Below, piece after piece: positions 47,701-63,429 of a stretch of DNA of 64,000 nt. Numbering within the stretch: position 1 is the first letter of the stretch; each line of letters starts with the position of its first letter. The position numbers and the translations under genes were made by a program. Origin of the DNA: Catajapyx aquilonaris (Eukaryota); assembly GCA_000934665.2 (NCBI GenBank), contig KZ538474.1, positions 1-64,000 of the forward strand. Direction: 5' to 3'. The notes beneath the pieces were generated by a model. That model saw only the letters and a program-made list of their open reading frames with translations, had not been told where the DNA came from and searched no databases.

Positions 47701-50700
47701 TTCCCTTAGCTCCTTAGACAAAACAGCAATTTGGTTCACGTGCGTTGTAATTACCTCGATTCAAAAGTGAGCATAATGTGACTTTACAAGTTATTATCCA
47801 GTGCCCAAGTTAGTCAATAAATGCTGTCGAACAATAAGGTTTTTCTTATGCACCACGTTCAGTGCACCCTATTTTTTATTATATATTTCCAGGGAGCTAG
47901 CTTTATTAGTTTTCCTTCCAACATGCTGAAGCCCTCTATTATATACGGTATACACAAGTGGCTTTCGTGACCCACTTGTAACAGCACCGAGTTGTAAATG
48001 GCTCGTGTAACATCGCCACATGTGCCGAGTTTTTAACGCCAGTTATAATATCTGTCTGGAATATTATGCCACTGGCACATTCAGTCCACTGGACAAAGAG
48101 ACTGCCATTCTGCGTGTGACAATTCGAAAAAAGGGTGCAAAATAGCCATTTCCTTTTTCCGTAACGCATAGGTCCGGAAAAGGAAGCCAACCCGAACAGC
48201 TCATTAAAATCCAGAACAGCAGGTGTTTCCTCAGCAATAGATCCGTAGTATGCTTATGGCTGGATGAATGGTAGGGGAGCCTACTTCCCCCTATAACCGA
48301 ACACATGTGCATACGGCAACACAGCAAGCGTTATAAACGCCTCACAAAATGGGAGCTCAAGTGTGATGGCCGCGTCCGTAAAAGAGTAAACCTATCTTCA
48401 TGACAAGCCCCAGGAAGCGTCTCAAGACACACACTCGACCATCTTTCTACCGGAGCGTGAGAACACCATGTGGCACTTCACACTTACATATGCCAGCCAG
48501 ATCGGCTGACTCACCACTTTTTCCCTATCCCCCAGCCTCCCTCAGACTTATGTGATTTAACCTCTGTTTTACTCGCCGCCTCATTTACAAACTATAAAAA
48601 CATACACTTGCGATATGCATAACTTGAAGAGGAGAAAAAAAAAACTGGGGCTGACATAAATCATAAGAAGGATCATCCTCGGCCGAGATAATCCAATAAA
48701 AGTCTCTCCTCTGGTATTGAGGACATTGGCGGAATTGCAAATGGGGATGTAATGAAGATGGTCAGCCCCTTTGGGTGGCTGCCAGCTAATTCCACCTTAT
48801 CTCCATTCTGCCACTTCTTCCGCCCCACTATACCAGTACTGTAGTAGGCTACCACAGATTGCTTCTGCCGGAATGAATTACGTCCATTTGCCCACTTGTC
48901 ATTTGAGTTCTATGCGACAAGCATAACCAGTGACACCGGCACAGCAGGGGTCTAGACAAGACCAAACCCCCCTATGTACGACAAAAGAAATTTCTCAGGG
49001 TATAAAATTAATTTTTAGTGCGGACCAATCAGCTAGTTATAGCAAATGGGAAAAACGCGTAATCACTTTGGGCTCTTTACCTACACATTAAAAAAATGTT
49101 CATCCTCCCTGATTGGACAAGAAGCCAATGAAGCATTTGATTAGTGGCTCGATTCAGAAGGGGCGTCAAGGAGAAAAGGAGGTTGCAAAGGTGCAAATAA
49201 AAAGAAGCCTCCGATGGCGGTTAGCAACAAAAGAAGCCACCCCCACCCCCCACCTTCTTTTGAATACCTGACGACCTTCAAGGCTATCTGTCGGCAAGAT
49301 TTCAGCAGGACTTCCTTCCCACCAACATCCCACAAAAAATGTATGAGAAGTAATCATCACAATAAAAAAACGACATAATTGCCGGCCGGAGTTTCCTTGT
49401 GGTTGTGCATGGCTCCGGCGCCAGAGGCTCTCGACCAATCTGGCTTTAGCTAACGTAATAAGCCGTATATCATCAGCTGTCTCTTTGTTGGCCTAAATAT
49501 TCTGTCCAAATGGAACAATATGTGCTTCCGACCGGAACACTTGCCACCCACCTCGGAAATCAGATGGTCATTACGAGTTTCAGCACGAGCTACAATTACA
49601 CGCGATGAAATAACCTTTACGTTAGCACACGATAACATAACGTCAGATTGAATCCTAATTATAGTCGGCTGCTTGATTTTCACACACTACCGCGGCTATA
49701 GTAAATAATTCAACGATCCGGATATAAAACAATGGGCATACAATATGCATAAAATCGTTACCGCACCCTTCCAAATGGCGCACAAACGTGTGTACTAGAA
49801 GGTGCCAATAGCTCTTTCACTACAAATTGATAACAGCATAACTCGTTCTGAATGCAGTTTTACATTATTAAATGGCGTTCCGAATGCACCAGCTCGCCCT
49901 TCGCATTGACACATGCTCGTTGTAACCTTTCCTCCTCTTGACCCCCATCCATCATCGTTTGTATCTGCCCTTGGCATCATCAGTACCATTTTCATATCAT
50001 TCAACTCGTCAATACTTTATTCAAAATAATTGTCGGCTCAGGAGATGCGCTAAGCTTGCTCGAGTAGACTGTGGAAAGATATATTTTTAAAAATTCATTT
50101 CGTGCAACGCATTTTTTTATATATAAAAAATCCGGCGTGGCGACAAAGGGAAATAAATGACATGCACGCGGTAAATTATGTCAAGTAACGTCACCACTCT
50201 CCAGGAATTACAGAAACTAGTTTTCAAGGCCAAGAACAAAGCCAAGTAGAACAGCACACCTACACACTGTTGCACTTTTTTTTTGAACCATTTCGCATAA
50301 TTCCGATATGCAAATGGCTTGCGCGCAAAACTCTAGTTGAGACGTGACAAGGAAGTTAAAACCCTAGCAAACTTTTACAGCGTCGGCGAATGGCGCCAAA
50401 ATCTTACGTAAGTCGCAATATAACGTTGCAAGTGCTTTTACATAAGTTTCGGGTCCGTCTTTAAAATATAAAAAAAAAACAGTTCTCACATACGTCAAAT
50501 AAACCGCCCGAAGCTCACAAAAAAATTACAATCACGACCAAACTACCTAAAAAAGGCACAAAAAATGGGAGGGGTCACGAACATATCCCTCATAATTGTT
50601 TTGGCATGAGCATTCCTGGCATGAACTAATGCCAAAAAATGCATACCCTTTTTTTTCCCTTCCCGTAAAGTTGCATAAAGAAGACGTGGCCGCTGATAAC

Positions 50701-53700
50701 TTATTCATGCCGTCGAGTCTTCATGACTGACTGACTTCATTGACCATCCTGAGCAAGTCTGTCGCAAGCATCACTGATGGAAATCCTGCTGAGGAAGCCT
50801 TACATGTGTGCTTAACGTACATAAATTCCGGACGGCCTGTTTATACGGAGTCCACTGAATTGATCCGGATATCCGGTTGGTATAACCAGTCCTTGCTAAT
50901 TATACGACCAGGCCAGAGTTCGGCCAGGGTTCGTAGAATAACAGGCGTGGATCTTAAAAGAGTGGGGCTAATTTTGGGGCAGGCGAAATCTGCTCCTCTG
51001 CTGGGGTCGCTGAGAAAGGTGCACTATCCTGGCAAAGTCCACCTGGAGGATAACTTGGGAGCCAATTGCATAGGGGTTCTTATCGAACTAGGAATGTAAT
51101 CTGAAAACAAGCAAAGTCAGGTCCGATTTCATAATGACTGGCAAGTATTCGTCTGACAAGTGCGTAGACTAATCCGGGTTAGATATGGAGTCAATATTGT
51201 AGTGTGATTCCTCAATAATTCCTCTTTGGGAGATCTGCAATCGAATGTGTGACCCACTGAACTATAGATAGGACGGTTATAGCCATTATCATCGTAATGC
51301 TGCAATTGTCTGAAACTATTTAAGACGCACAACTTGATCCAATTTGTGCAAAGCGACAATTAGGCGATTACTCCGTCTAATCATTGCGCCATTCACACGT
51401 GTCCTTTTATTATACACGTGTAATATAGTCCATTGTAACAATAGGCGGAGGAATATTGGTATAAGGTGCAACATTTTGGTTACTTCCTTACATCGCTTGT
51501 CAGCAAATATATCACAAACATGTTTTCTTGAGACACTCGATATATGGTGTAACAAAATGAATAATCGGCAAAATATCTTGGCCACTTCCTCGCTGAAATT
51601 CAGTTGAATCACCTTACCTTGTATATGTGCGTATATGGTATTTATAATATAGAGCACCATCTGTCATTGCACCTATTGTGCACCTGTGCCTTCATAAATA
51701 CTGCGTGTATAGGTCATGTCCGTACATTCGAGTGCGCATCCGGAATATTGTGAGGAAATACTGTACCTAAACAATGACAGCCATATAGGGCTTGCAGATG
51801 TGCGAAGCAGGAAAAAGGAGAGGAAAATGCCATAGCCTGATGGATCCTGTGTGTTGCTGTTCTAACGGTGATTGACAAACAACTAGGGGCATTGCACATG
51901 CTTGATTCATCTGTGTAAAAAGTCACGCCAGATTCCGATTCGTCAGGCGTACAGGATCAAAAATACACACAAGCACATTCCGTAAGGCCGTGCGAAATTT
52001 ATACACGCTCTTGCTATTTTTCATCACCAGAATCCAGGAATAGTGACTGTTCCTGGATTTTGTTTAGATTAGATTACGAGCATGATGTTTTTGATGATAA
52101 ATCGCCAGATTTTTGAAATCCAAGTTTGATTACGCAGCTGTGGTACTGCAGAGGGTGACGTTATTATAGGCCAGTATTCGACTCATTTGTAGTAGAAAGA
52201 TCATAAATGATATGCATTGTCCTGTTGGTGTCTTCCAACCGGAGCACACCACTGTTAACAAAGCATCACACTGCCATAGCTTTCATCACCAAAAGAGATA
52301 CATGTCGGTAAGCATCACACATATACTTACATTAAATAATACTGGAAATGCACTATATGCATATTTCATAACTGCCAACTAGTAAAAATAATCGAAGGTA
52401 AGCTTGCAAAATGCCGCATTGCATTATAATGAATAGCAAAAAAATGAAACGTCGCAATAATCCCCATCACCATATCTACGATTCCGCAATATTGTGCGTT
52501 ATACCTGCACAAACAAGTAAGCATATCTCCAAGCACCCCCAACCCCTCACAACCCCCACCTCTCAAAAAATCCTCAGATAAGTGAACCCATTGAAGATCC
52601 GACAAGAAGGTGCAACTGATGAAAATCTTTCGCAAAACTCCTACTATTTCCTCACCTTAATGAAAAACAAAGCAACTCGTGTGTGAAATTGCGCACTACA
52701 TGAAACACTATTTTTTGTGTCCATTGCACATGTGACTGGGTATTGTTTTGCAGTGTCTCAAAGGTATAGCCGGAAAGACCTGAGTGGTCAAGGCCTGCCA
52801 AATGTCACACCCGAGTGTGTGGGGTCCAACTGAGGGTGGGAATGGTGTATGTGGGGGGGGGGGGGNGGGGGTAAGGTGGGTGGATATCGTTCAACGACCC
52901 ATGCTCGTAACCAAATACTCAAAAATGAATCAGGGCAGACAGCCAGAAGTGGATTTTTGCACGCCATAATCTGGGGCCAATGGAAACACCCCTCGAAATC
53001 ATAATCATCACCTTATCTCTCAAGACTATTTGCAATAAATAGATAAGGTTGAAGAAGGTGGCAACTTCAAGCTCAGGTATGTATTTTAAAAAAAAGAGTA
53101 GGATAAGTGCTATCCAAATGTTGACTGAGTTACTAACTGTCTTCGAACTTTGGAAAAAAAAAAACTTGTGCCCAAAACATTGCGTATGTAAGTGCAAACG
53201 TGACCGTTCGAGGCCGGAAAAAAACTGTCATAGAACAAGGCCAAGTTATCTCACGCCTTGCCAATTCTGAAATTCATTCCAAGCATGTCGCCAGTCACGT
53301 ATCGGTATCGTAACAAGCAAAAAAGAAGTCATATCGAACCCCCATTTATACCATTGGAATGAGACGCCGATAATATTACGACTCGACCCATAAGAGGTGG
53401 CTATAAAACTTATCCGCTGCGCTGTTGTAAGAATAGGCGATCATTGCTCCTTCGCATTTGCTGCAACCAAAATGTCGGGTCACAAAAGAAATCTGGCATA
53501 TTCACGATGGTAGCACATGTGTGTGGAGACACGCACACACTACAAACATGATGGTGACATTAGTATAGCTCAGTAGTTGTGTACGCATATGGTCGCTGTA
53601 GGGCTCGCTCTTTGACCTGGTCCATGCCTTATCTGGGGTCCAACCCTGATTCTAGTTCATATGGGCATGCCCTCTACTTTGGCATTATGAATTTCCACGC

Positions 53701-56700
53701 CAATAAGCAACGCAGCCAATAATAGCGAGGTGATTTCCTGCCTGGCCTTTACAGAAATAAAGCGAGTACTTGTTGAAAGTTTTCAGCCACTTCCATAGTT
53801 CAATGACCATTTTACTGATATTCCAAATTTATGCAAAAATAGATAAATTTGCACTCTGTCTTGTTCTTCAGTGGACACACTAGACGACCACTGTTGCGGA
53901 CCACAGTTCGGAAGCACTTGCTCACGGAACGGAAAAATTCGAATGTTTATCCGCCCACAGGTCGAAACCAAACTTTCCCTTTCCCTGTCTGGCATTTCCT
54001 GCTGTCTAAACAGGTATTATTAGATTATTCTTTCCATCCTCATTCGTGTACGGAAATTGCACATATATTAAAAGTACATAAGTTCAATATTATTTACATA
54101 CATTCGTGTCCTTCGTTAATATCTAGATGGGCCTTGAAAAGTTCCAGGATCTCTTATATGTTACTTTTTTTCCAAGTAATACTTTGTAACGCATTGCACA
54201 TTTCAGGCAGCGTATAAATATGCGCGTGATTCTAAATAAAACATGGCGATTGAGTTGTTAGGCCCCAGGGCATGACGTAAGGTACCTATTCTTCGAAGAG
54301 AATGAAACGGGGAAATATTTGAGAGGAGGGAACACCTGAAAAGGGGTATCCAACAGGTGGTCGCGGTGCTCCATATGGCAAAAAAAAAAGCTGATCGACC
54401 GGTTGGATTGCCCCAGGACGGTATTACGTTTAGCCCTAAGCTACAGCCTACTAAGCCCAGCGATGATGTCATACGTTCACTTTGCATATACGTGTTTATG
54501 AGCTGGTTGACAATTTGGCCTGATATCGATATCCAATGTTAATACCGAATCAATTATGAATGGTATGCAAACCAGTGTTTATTTCATGGTCTATACGTCA
54601 ACATTTCGGCATCCAAGTGCGAAATATTAATTAACACCTTTTGGGTCACGGGCCGCATGGTGACTGCCAATGGGCCAAAACAATTTTGGAGGATAATCTA
54701 GCAAGGAGTGTGACTGACTATTCCAAAAGGGTTGACTTCGAGGCGGAGTAGCAACCGCAGGAACAATGGTGGGAAAAGTCGAGACCCCTTTCCTCATGCC
54801 CGAGAATTTTCCATGCACATTAAGCCCTATTCAGTTCTCATGTTTGGAAAAATTCAGCTACGGCAACTAATGCTGCCTCACATTGTGTTAGACTCTCTTA
54901 CCGAGATAATGACTGTACTCAGGGGGCTTCAACTACTTGGTCATTCCATTACCAAACGCCCTCAATGCCAGCCCATCCAAATTTTGACCTCACCTGACAC
55001 ACACCGTGGTATATGATTTAAAACATGATTATTGTACACATTTTGACCAAAAAATTCGCACGCGTTCTCACTTTCAAGCGCGCGGTTTAAATTGACCTAG
55101 TTATTCGCATCACAGCACAATTTTCAAGTTTGTAAACAACGTTGGAAGTCTATTCAGCAGACACTTGATACCCACAACATTGGACCTAAACCCTCAACTG
55201 ACCACAACCCTATTCGGTCCGTCACCCAAAAATACGGAAGGACAGTTTGGGTCCCCCCCCCCCCTTAGACTTTTATTGGTGCAGGTTCAACCTTGACATA
55301 TTTATGGCCTATACAGCCTATGCATCCTCAGGCCCTTCAAAACGGTCCCGGAGTGTCCGAAATCCCAGACTTGCGATACCATCGTTACCGTCTGGAAGCG
55401 GCAGGTTACTGCTCTTTCCTCCAAAGATTAATCAATCCGTCTACCAGTCACGATTCTCATGATGAAAGAGGCACGTTGTTTGCCTCTCGTTTTCTATACG
55501 GCTACGCTGCATCAAAACTTCAGCTCAGGTAATTTTCGTGTGGGTCAGTGGGAAAGTTGCATTGGGGAATGTGGCATGGCCCACGGAAATCTTTTAATTA
55601 CGCGGGATCAGCGTGTTTCTTGTAGGTTCCTAATGACTTGGGTCTGGGCTATTAATGAGACTTGGCATGTTGCACATTTTCCGTTGCATAAGGAAATAAA
55701 CCGTGAAAAATAATATTGCATGCATGTACACATACGTACCAGTTGAGAAATATGCAAGGTACTGTTTTTTTTTTGTAGGTGTACAGTACCATAAATATTC
55801 CATTTCCGGACTGACTCATAGGTGGAACAAGTAAATAAGCCCTTTCAACATCTAAGGTTAGTAGGAAACTTTAGCTGTTATTGCTTGCAAAATAGCCCAT
55901 GCTAATATCTCATGTTTAAATAATTCTCACCCGAAAAAAAATTGACTCCGCCCCCGGTTTCACACCACTTGGAAGCCCCTCCTCTAAAAATAGCATCGGT
56001 GTGTAACATGAGCACACACATGATTGCGACATGGCCACCTGCAGTGCATGTTTTATGCCACCAATTAACACCGGAGGAAGAGGGGGTGAGGCAGCAGCTC
56101 TCAAGTGGGGGAAGAAGAAGACGACGACGCCCACCTTCAAGGACGCCCTTTCGTATATTTTAAAATTATGATTGTGTTCCCTCTTCACACTGCTTATTCC
56201 CAAACCTGACTCTTCCAATGACCAGCCTTGATTCGGTTTTACGCAGCTGATGTTGGGGCTATCCCGCAGAAAATACTATAGCAACAAGAAGTCATTAGTC
56301 ACGTTGATTGCACCTGACAGCTCATGGACATCCGATTTTTTAAATATGTATATAGCCATCATACATATTCGCAGATAAATGCGACAAATATTTTCATACC
56401 AATGTTTGCTCATGTGCATACTGAATATGTGAGACAATCTCAATAATTATTTCCGCTAAATCCGGAATCACACACATCACAATAGATGTCAAATAATTAG
56501 GGGTACACGCAAGCCCGAGTTTGCCTTGAAAAAAATCACTGCCAGAGAGGGTATATTTTTAGATGCAAGGGCGGAATGTAAGAGCAACACCCGATGACGA
56601 TATAGATAGACCTTGGTCAGTACACTTGGAGCGCGGAAACCACACGGCTCTAAGGCAACCCTATCGGCCCCATCTATTCTTACCTTTGCGGTACGAGTGT

Positions 56701-59700
56701 TTTACATTACAAAATTCATCCCGGCCTGGGTTGGATCACAAAATAATATTGACGGGGCCGGTGGGCAGGAACGGGTCATGGAGTTCAACAAAAAAAAAAT
56801 GCCTCCTCAGGTCTGATTTCCCAAACAACATTGCGCAGCATATGCCGTTTGGCAATCCAATCGAAACAAATGGCCTCAAATGGTGTTGACACCAAAATAC
56901 GGAGACTGTGTAGTATTCCCAGCCCCCCCTAAGTACGTATCGCCATTCATTTTTCCTACGTGCTGTCCCTGACCCGCCGTCTGTGTGTTTCGTAACCAGC
57001 AGTTACCTACCCGCCCACACACAAAAATAATGTGGCAACCTTGCTTATGTCAGCAACCTCTATCGTACCCGTACTTTTTAGGTACAACCATCCAGATACA
57101 TCGTTACCTAACCTTTTTTGGGGGGAGTTCCTCCCTATAGCAACCCTCCCCAAAAGCCCATCAACAAGTGGCTTTTTGGAGGGATGTCACAATGCAATGT
57201 CCCCCCCCCCCTCCTTTTGCACCTGTTGCGTCCCCCCTCTTCAGGCGTTTGACCTCGGCCCCAAAGAAGTCGCACCAGGAAATCATATTTAGAAAAGCGG
57301 CCGGTGACTTACGCAACTTTGCGACCTTGCAAAAGGGCGATACAATCGCGTTCCTCCGTCGCCCATGCGTGCAGGAACCTCAGAATCACAAGTTAACAAT
57401 TAGTGGTGTGAAACATCCAATTGTTCCTTTATATAATTTTTTTTTTTAAACTCAGGGTCGTGAATTTGTCGTGAATACAATATATTTTTGTAGTACGTAT
57501 GCCCCCCTTTTTCTGCAGCATAGCCCAGTAAAAAATGGATACCATTAAAAAAAAACCTGCAGCAGCCCCCCCAAGGACGAGTTTCGACTAGGATGGAATG
57601 GACAAGAAGGAAAAGAGGCAGATGGAGAGAGGCTTCTTTACTCCTGCGGAGCTGGATAGCCTTGAACCGAGGCTTACCCTCTTGCTATAGGGGTTGGGGA
57701 GAGGGGAGATGTAGGGGTGCAGGTGGGGGATTGGTGGGAGAAAAAAAAAATGTATATAGGCAGGGGGTGGGGGAGAATGACGACTCTTGGTTAGCGCGTA
57801 GTGGTGGAGAAGCTGAGCTTGGAAACAGGTTCATAGATGGGTATGGAGCTAGTAAATCCTGAGGGAGCAATGTGGACAATTCGCAGGTTGGGCGATGCTG
57901 CATGATTACATGAATTGCCAATTAGTGCAGTGTTGTCTGGAGGGTTGTGGTCGAAAACGGCGTAATAAATATTGTGCTGTCTATTGCACTAATTATCTAA
58001 TATCAGCATTCTTCAAGCTTCATCCTATAATGCAGACTTGCAAATGCAAGCTATTTTCCGGCTCATAAAATGACACGCAATAAAATCCTACCTCAAGAAT
58101 CATGCAGTGTTAGATATAGGGTACCATTTGCACCATTGGTTACTATCCATTTTTTAAATAAAAAAAATGCACCAATGCACCCCCTGGGAGGAAGGGCGTG
58201 ATAATCCGGAATGCTGCCGTCCCCTATTCCAGCCCAGTCATCTGGAAACCACCGGGGGTTGAAAAAGAGTGGCCGCATGGAACCCCTCCAGTCTCCAGAG
58301 CAGGTGCTGCGAGTGTCTCCAAAAGGAGCACAAAGGCCCGCCATGAGGACAAGTGCAACCCTAACCACCAACCAAACCTTCCGCTTCACTCTCCCTTTCT
58401 TTTCGTTTCCAAGCCTGCGAGGGACGAAGAAGCGGAACGCAACAACTTGCAAGACGAGAAGGTGGTAGAAGAAGGAGGTGGTGGTGGAGGAGGAGGAGGA
58501 TGCAAAAACTATGGGGGCGTTAAAGGGACAAGCAAACTCCCCCAGAGGGACTGGGCCATCGTGAGGGAGAATGTAACTAGCGTGGGTGTCCAGTTTGTGA
58601 GGAAAAAGGTTACGAGGCGTGTCATGCAAGAGTGATGAAAAAATTATGATGAGAAGAATATTATGGCGACTTCTGACACCTGTGACATCATCCGGAGCTA
58701 GTTGCATCATTCCTTGTGATGTCATCGAGAGGTAATCGGAGACGAAGGTGATGGATTTATCGAGACGGAAGCACATCGGAAGTGATATGCTACTGACTCA
58801 TAATACGTCTGATTGAGCGAATTGTACGGAGGCGATTGCATCACTTGAGGCTAAACCTCAACCTGACTGGATAGTTTCGTGAGCGACCTTTATATTCAGG
58901 AAATGACACATACCGCAAGAAAATTGGCGTTTCCGTCGGTCTGCAATAATAATAACGCCTACACACGAAAAGCTTAGTTACAGAAACTTGCACAAACAAT
59001 AACGTATCTGGCCAATCCCACCAGATACCATTATACCAATAGTTGAATAGAGTGTGCGAATTTATCAGTGAAATAATCCCGACCTTCACATTGTGTCTGA
59101 ATGTGACAAAGGCACAATAATATTGTGAGGTGCCAGTACATATTTTGGGCGGGTATTCATCATTGACTCACAGATGAGGAGAAAGTATTGTGTCCATCAT
59201 TATACGAGTGGGCATATGCATTTTCTTGAATCGGAAATCGCATTTTCAACAAGCAAAGATTGTGTAGTTAAAAAAACTGGTCACATAACCGCCCAATCGA
59301 CATTCCTCCAACGTCATTGTCATCGGTCCATCTGGAGGCTGTGACACTTCAGAACACATCTCTCTCCCCTTCGTCCGTCCCCCCCTCTTGCATTATACGA
59401 GTTGCCGAGGCGTGGCGACACACCCCAAGGGTCTGAAACAGGCCTCTCTGATGAAGCGTCGCGATACGTATTATGAATAATGACAGCGAGTAATCAGGCA
59501 GGCTGCCAAGTAGGAGGCCTTTCTTGGACCCAGTCCTAATCATTGCCGCTAAAAATAAAAGCTCTGGCCGAGAAATGTGTCAATGGGGATTTATCCCTTC
59601 AAAAATGTGGTTCCCATGTCACCCACCCCTTTTGGCCTCCTATGTTCCTCAAGAGCAGAGTGCTCCGGGTGTGAATTGGCAAGGCACCCCATAATGCAAT

Positions 59701-62700
59701 GGGGGTGCGATAAAAAAGCCCTCCCTCCCCTGCCTTCCCCTCCCCCCCAACCCCACACCCACCCAACCAGCCGCTTCAATGTCAAGTAAAGGACACGTTA
59801 TCAATAGAGGGGGGGAGGGTAGGGAGGGCTTTAAGGGTATAGAGGGGATGTGGGGAGGTTCATAAATCAAGTGGGAGGGAGGGAGGGATAGAACAGAACG
59901 GGTTCTAGGAGCTGGACCCAAGCCAGGATTTGACTCCTACACGCTCCCACGTCGCTATTTCCAACCCCTGGCAGACACTTTGCATTTATTTCGCTCTACG
60001 AGCGAAGTGAAAAACTCCATACATTTTCCCGCCCTTTTGTGAGTCGTCACCTAACATGGCGGATTGGCGGCAAAAAAATGAATAGTACGACGCACTTCCC
60101 TTGTAATGGCGCGGGGAACTTCCATCCTGCCAGATATGTCACCATGGAAAGGCGTATGTACACCAGGTGGCGTGACGGTCAGGATAAAATGTCGCTGCTC
60201 AATAACCTGTAGAAGGCCAAGGTCAAGAACGTAGTTAGTGGCTGAAGAACCAACAAGGGCGAACAGTGGGCAGGATAGACGGACCCAAATTGGGCGCGAA
60301 TGTTCTGGTATGGCGACCGCGTCCAAAATAGTAAGAGGAAAAAGCAGTGCGGGGACGCCCACGTGAGAACCGCAATGCAGAAGGAAGAAGACAATATTTT
60401 TTTTTTTCCTTCACAGGAATGGGTTTGCCATTATCTTTCGAGATGATGTCACACACTAGGTCCAACCTTGGCTTCCAAGAAGCGGGCTTGTTTGTACCAA
60501 CCCGCCTTTACCTCGGTCCAGCAATGCCCACGCACATGGCCGACACTTTTTTTTATGGCCTTATTATGGCATTTCCAACCCACAATTTGAGCTGGCAGAC
60601 AAACTGCGCCTCTGAAACGTCACGCATCAAATATGAAAATTGCAAAACTTGGGTTCGTCAACAAATGCAAAAATGCCTGGGGGCCAAGTCGCCATCTCTA
60701 GCACGCTACTTCCGATTTGGCATCACGCGATGCTGATGGGTGCTTGGTGTGACCCGACTCGGAAAACCCCTCACCTTGACGGTACAGTCGTTAACTAATT
60801 GACATACCAGTTTTACTGCTGTTTTTCCATCTAAAAACAAAAGGTATCGTACCGGTATACTCCGGTTTGGCTCGATGAAAATGAAAGGAATTGCGTTGAC
60901 ACAAGCAACTCGAAGGAAACAGAAATGATATAATAATTTTGCTTTTGCCTGGGTATATTTTCTTAGACTGAAAATAAATGGGTGCTGGCAATGCGTAGGC
61001 TATGTCTGACCAAATAAAAAAAAGAGGAGGAAACCGGAGTTTATCTCTCAACCTAAGCTTCTTCTGGGTCGGGATCATGGCCAAGTTTACGCTCAATGAT
61101 GCGTGCTAATTTTACACAGAGGATCAAACCAGCGCCAGTTTCCGATAGGATGAGCAATGACATTGAAAGTCAAACTCGTGAGCCTCCAAAAACTGGCATA
61201 ATTATTGTTCAGGATAAATGATTGCCTCAGACCTCACGCGAGAGATAACAACAAGCGTATGGCCCATTACTTCATATTTCATTATGAAACTCCAACCCTA
61301 TATATAAATCGTGTCTGTTATAATGTCAAAAATAAGCTGACTGCTGATTTTCCTTCTGTTTTAATGATGAGGGCGGTCCACTTGATAACTCTCCGAGGGT
61401 ATTTTCGAGCCAGCAACTTGGCAAGAAGTCCTCTTTGGCGCAATACTATAAGCACTACTCTCTGGCCGGACTCCAACATTGTGTGTGTGACTGCATTTAT
61501 CCTTTTCTATTCCACCCAAACATACCGCAACTCCCACACGGCCATTCCATTTCACCCTCTTTAAAAAAAAACTTTAGGCCAACAGTACATAATAACCTTT
61601 GTGGACAAATCAGTCCATGGCTACCGTTTATTCCAAGGGAGACCAGATGAGCTTAACCGTACCAACGACATTACCGTTTCGAAAAATCTAAGACCATGTT
61701 TGAACAAGCGATAATGTAGGGGTATTCCACCGTGTGTCCAGAGTGCAGCAACCTCTTGGCCACCGAAAACGCGGGACTATAAAGCGGCGAACCAACATCC
61801 GGGACGTCAACCAGGTAAAAGTGGAGAAAGTGAGCTGACTTGTAGCCGAGGGTTTCACTTGCACCAGGCCACTAGCCATAAATCGGCGCAAGTATACCGA
61901 CGGATGGCGCTCTACATCCTTCCCATCGCATTATGGACTTTTACCATTTTCTGACACTATGTAAAGCGACTTTCATTTTTATTTATTTTTTGTCCTGGCA
62001 GACTGCTGCAGCTTACGAGTAATATATGGGTCGCGCGTGCACACATCATACAGACATCATGAAGAAGATCGGCAGCAGGAGTGGTTGTTGCCCTCGTGAC
62101 GTCACGGGAAGGCCGCATCGCTCCCAGTGTAATATTACTCATATATACAGATGATACAGTAGTAGCTACTCCACTCTCACTTCCGCAAAGTCGGCCGCCC
62201 CCTCTTCAAAAGGGAAAGCCGACCGTTTTGCAGATGCCTGAAGCATTTTATGAAACACCTCGACATCCGCGCTTGGGTTGGTAGGACGGGGAAGGTCGAC
62301 GTCGACGGATTGGAATCGCACATCACGGAACGGGACTTTATTTCCTTTCACAATGGACAAGGTGCCAAATCTGCCCAATTGCATTGGCAGCATATCGCCA
62401 GGCCATGAAGGATACGACCATACGTTCAAAAACATCGTTCAGTCACCTTCAGGGACGTCATGACGAAGGTCGCATGCCCAACCTATTACACTCGTTTTAC
62501 CGTAACAATGTGACCATCGATTTCGAATAACATCACGACTGCTGTGTGTTATCATACTTGAAACTAGACGACAGCGTTCACGATTTTGCCTGTTTTTTTA
62601 CTGCAGATAAAAGGTCGTCATTGACCCCGAGATGCACTGGACCTAAAATACTGACGCTGTGACCTTATGTACATATCTATTGACGTTACAAGGCACAATT

Positions 62701-63364
62701 ATGGCATGCATGGGTTACGAAAAACATCGTAATACTGTATATCGGTAGCCTCACGTGGGAGCTTCTGTGAAATCGGTAGACTCGATTTCAATAAAAACAC
62801 TAGAAATTAGTGTAAACATCCATAAAACATTTTTAGGTTATATGCCGTTTTTGTTAGTGTCAATAATCAATTTCTGAAAATGGCAATATTTGTTAATTGT
62901 GTCGTTTGTACAATATATTTTTAAAATTCTTTAGATGTTGATGTTATCAAAAACACGTACAACATTGTTTGAGGGTGTGTCCCCCAAAAAGGGCCAGGAA
63001 GCCCAATAAAACACTAGCGATACTAATTGAAGACTGAAATGCAGAACAATCCAAGTCATCCGGAATAATTTTAAGAAACGAGTTTATTTACAAACTTGGG
63101 CGTGCCATTTCTTTAGCGGAAAACTGATTCAATCATTAAAAAGTACGCACCAGTGACTACAACACACAATAATGTAGCATCTCAGATCTTCAATTACAAC
63201 AAGACTCCTTGAACGATACTAGAAAGTGACAAAAAAATGCAGCCTACATATTTCACAAGTGCCAAGTTGTTTCAAAATGTGCGTCTCATTAGCATATGTG
63301 ACACCTGCTAGAAGGATCTCCTTGGGGTTCAGGTTCCTAAATGGTTGCAATGTATGCCTCCCCC

Positions 63365-63429
63365 CTTCTTCTTCTTCTTCTTCTTCTTCTTCTTCTTCTT
63401 CTTCTTCTTCTTCTTCTTCTTCTTCTTCC
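63365..63429 (+). repeat. (CTT)n microsatellite
   Basis: About 21 CTT units; explains the poly-E/S/L/F ORFs. Confidence 0.97.

Noticed and set aside
53560..53655. Degenerate A-box/B-box (TAGCTCAGTAG...GGGTCCAACCC)
   Set aside because: Too divergent, with no tail or TSD; cannot be called a tRNA or SINE.
58093..58776. 227-aa and 145-aa overlapping ORFs
   Set aside because: Non-ATG starts, low complexity, no recognisable domain or supporting exon structure.
29001..59171. Scattered AP-1 sites (TGACTCA)
   Set aside because: The number seen is about what a 7-mer gives by chance in 64 kb.
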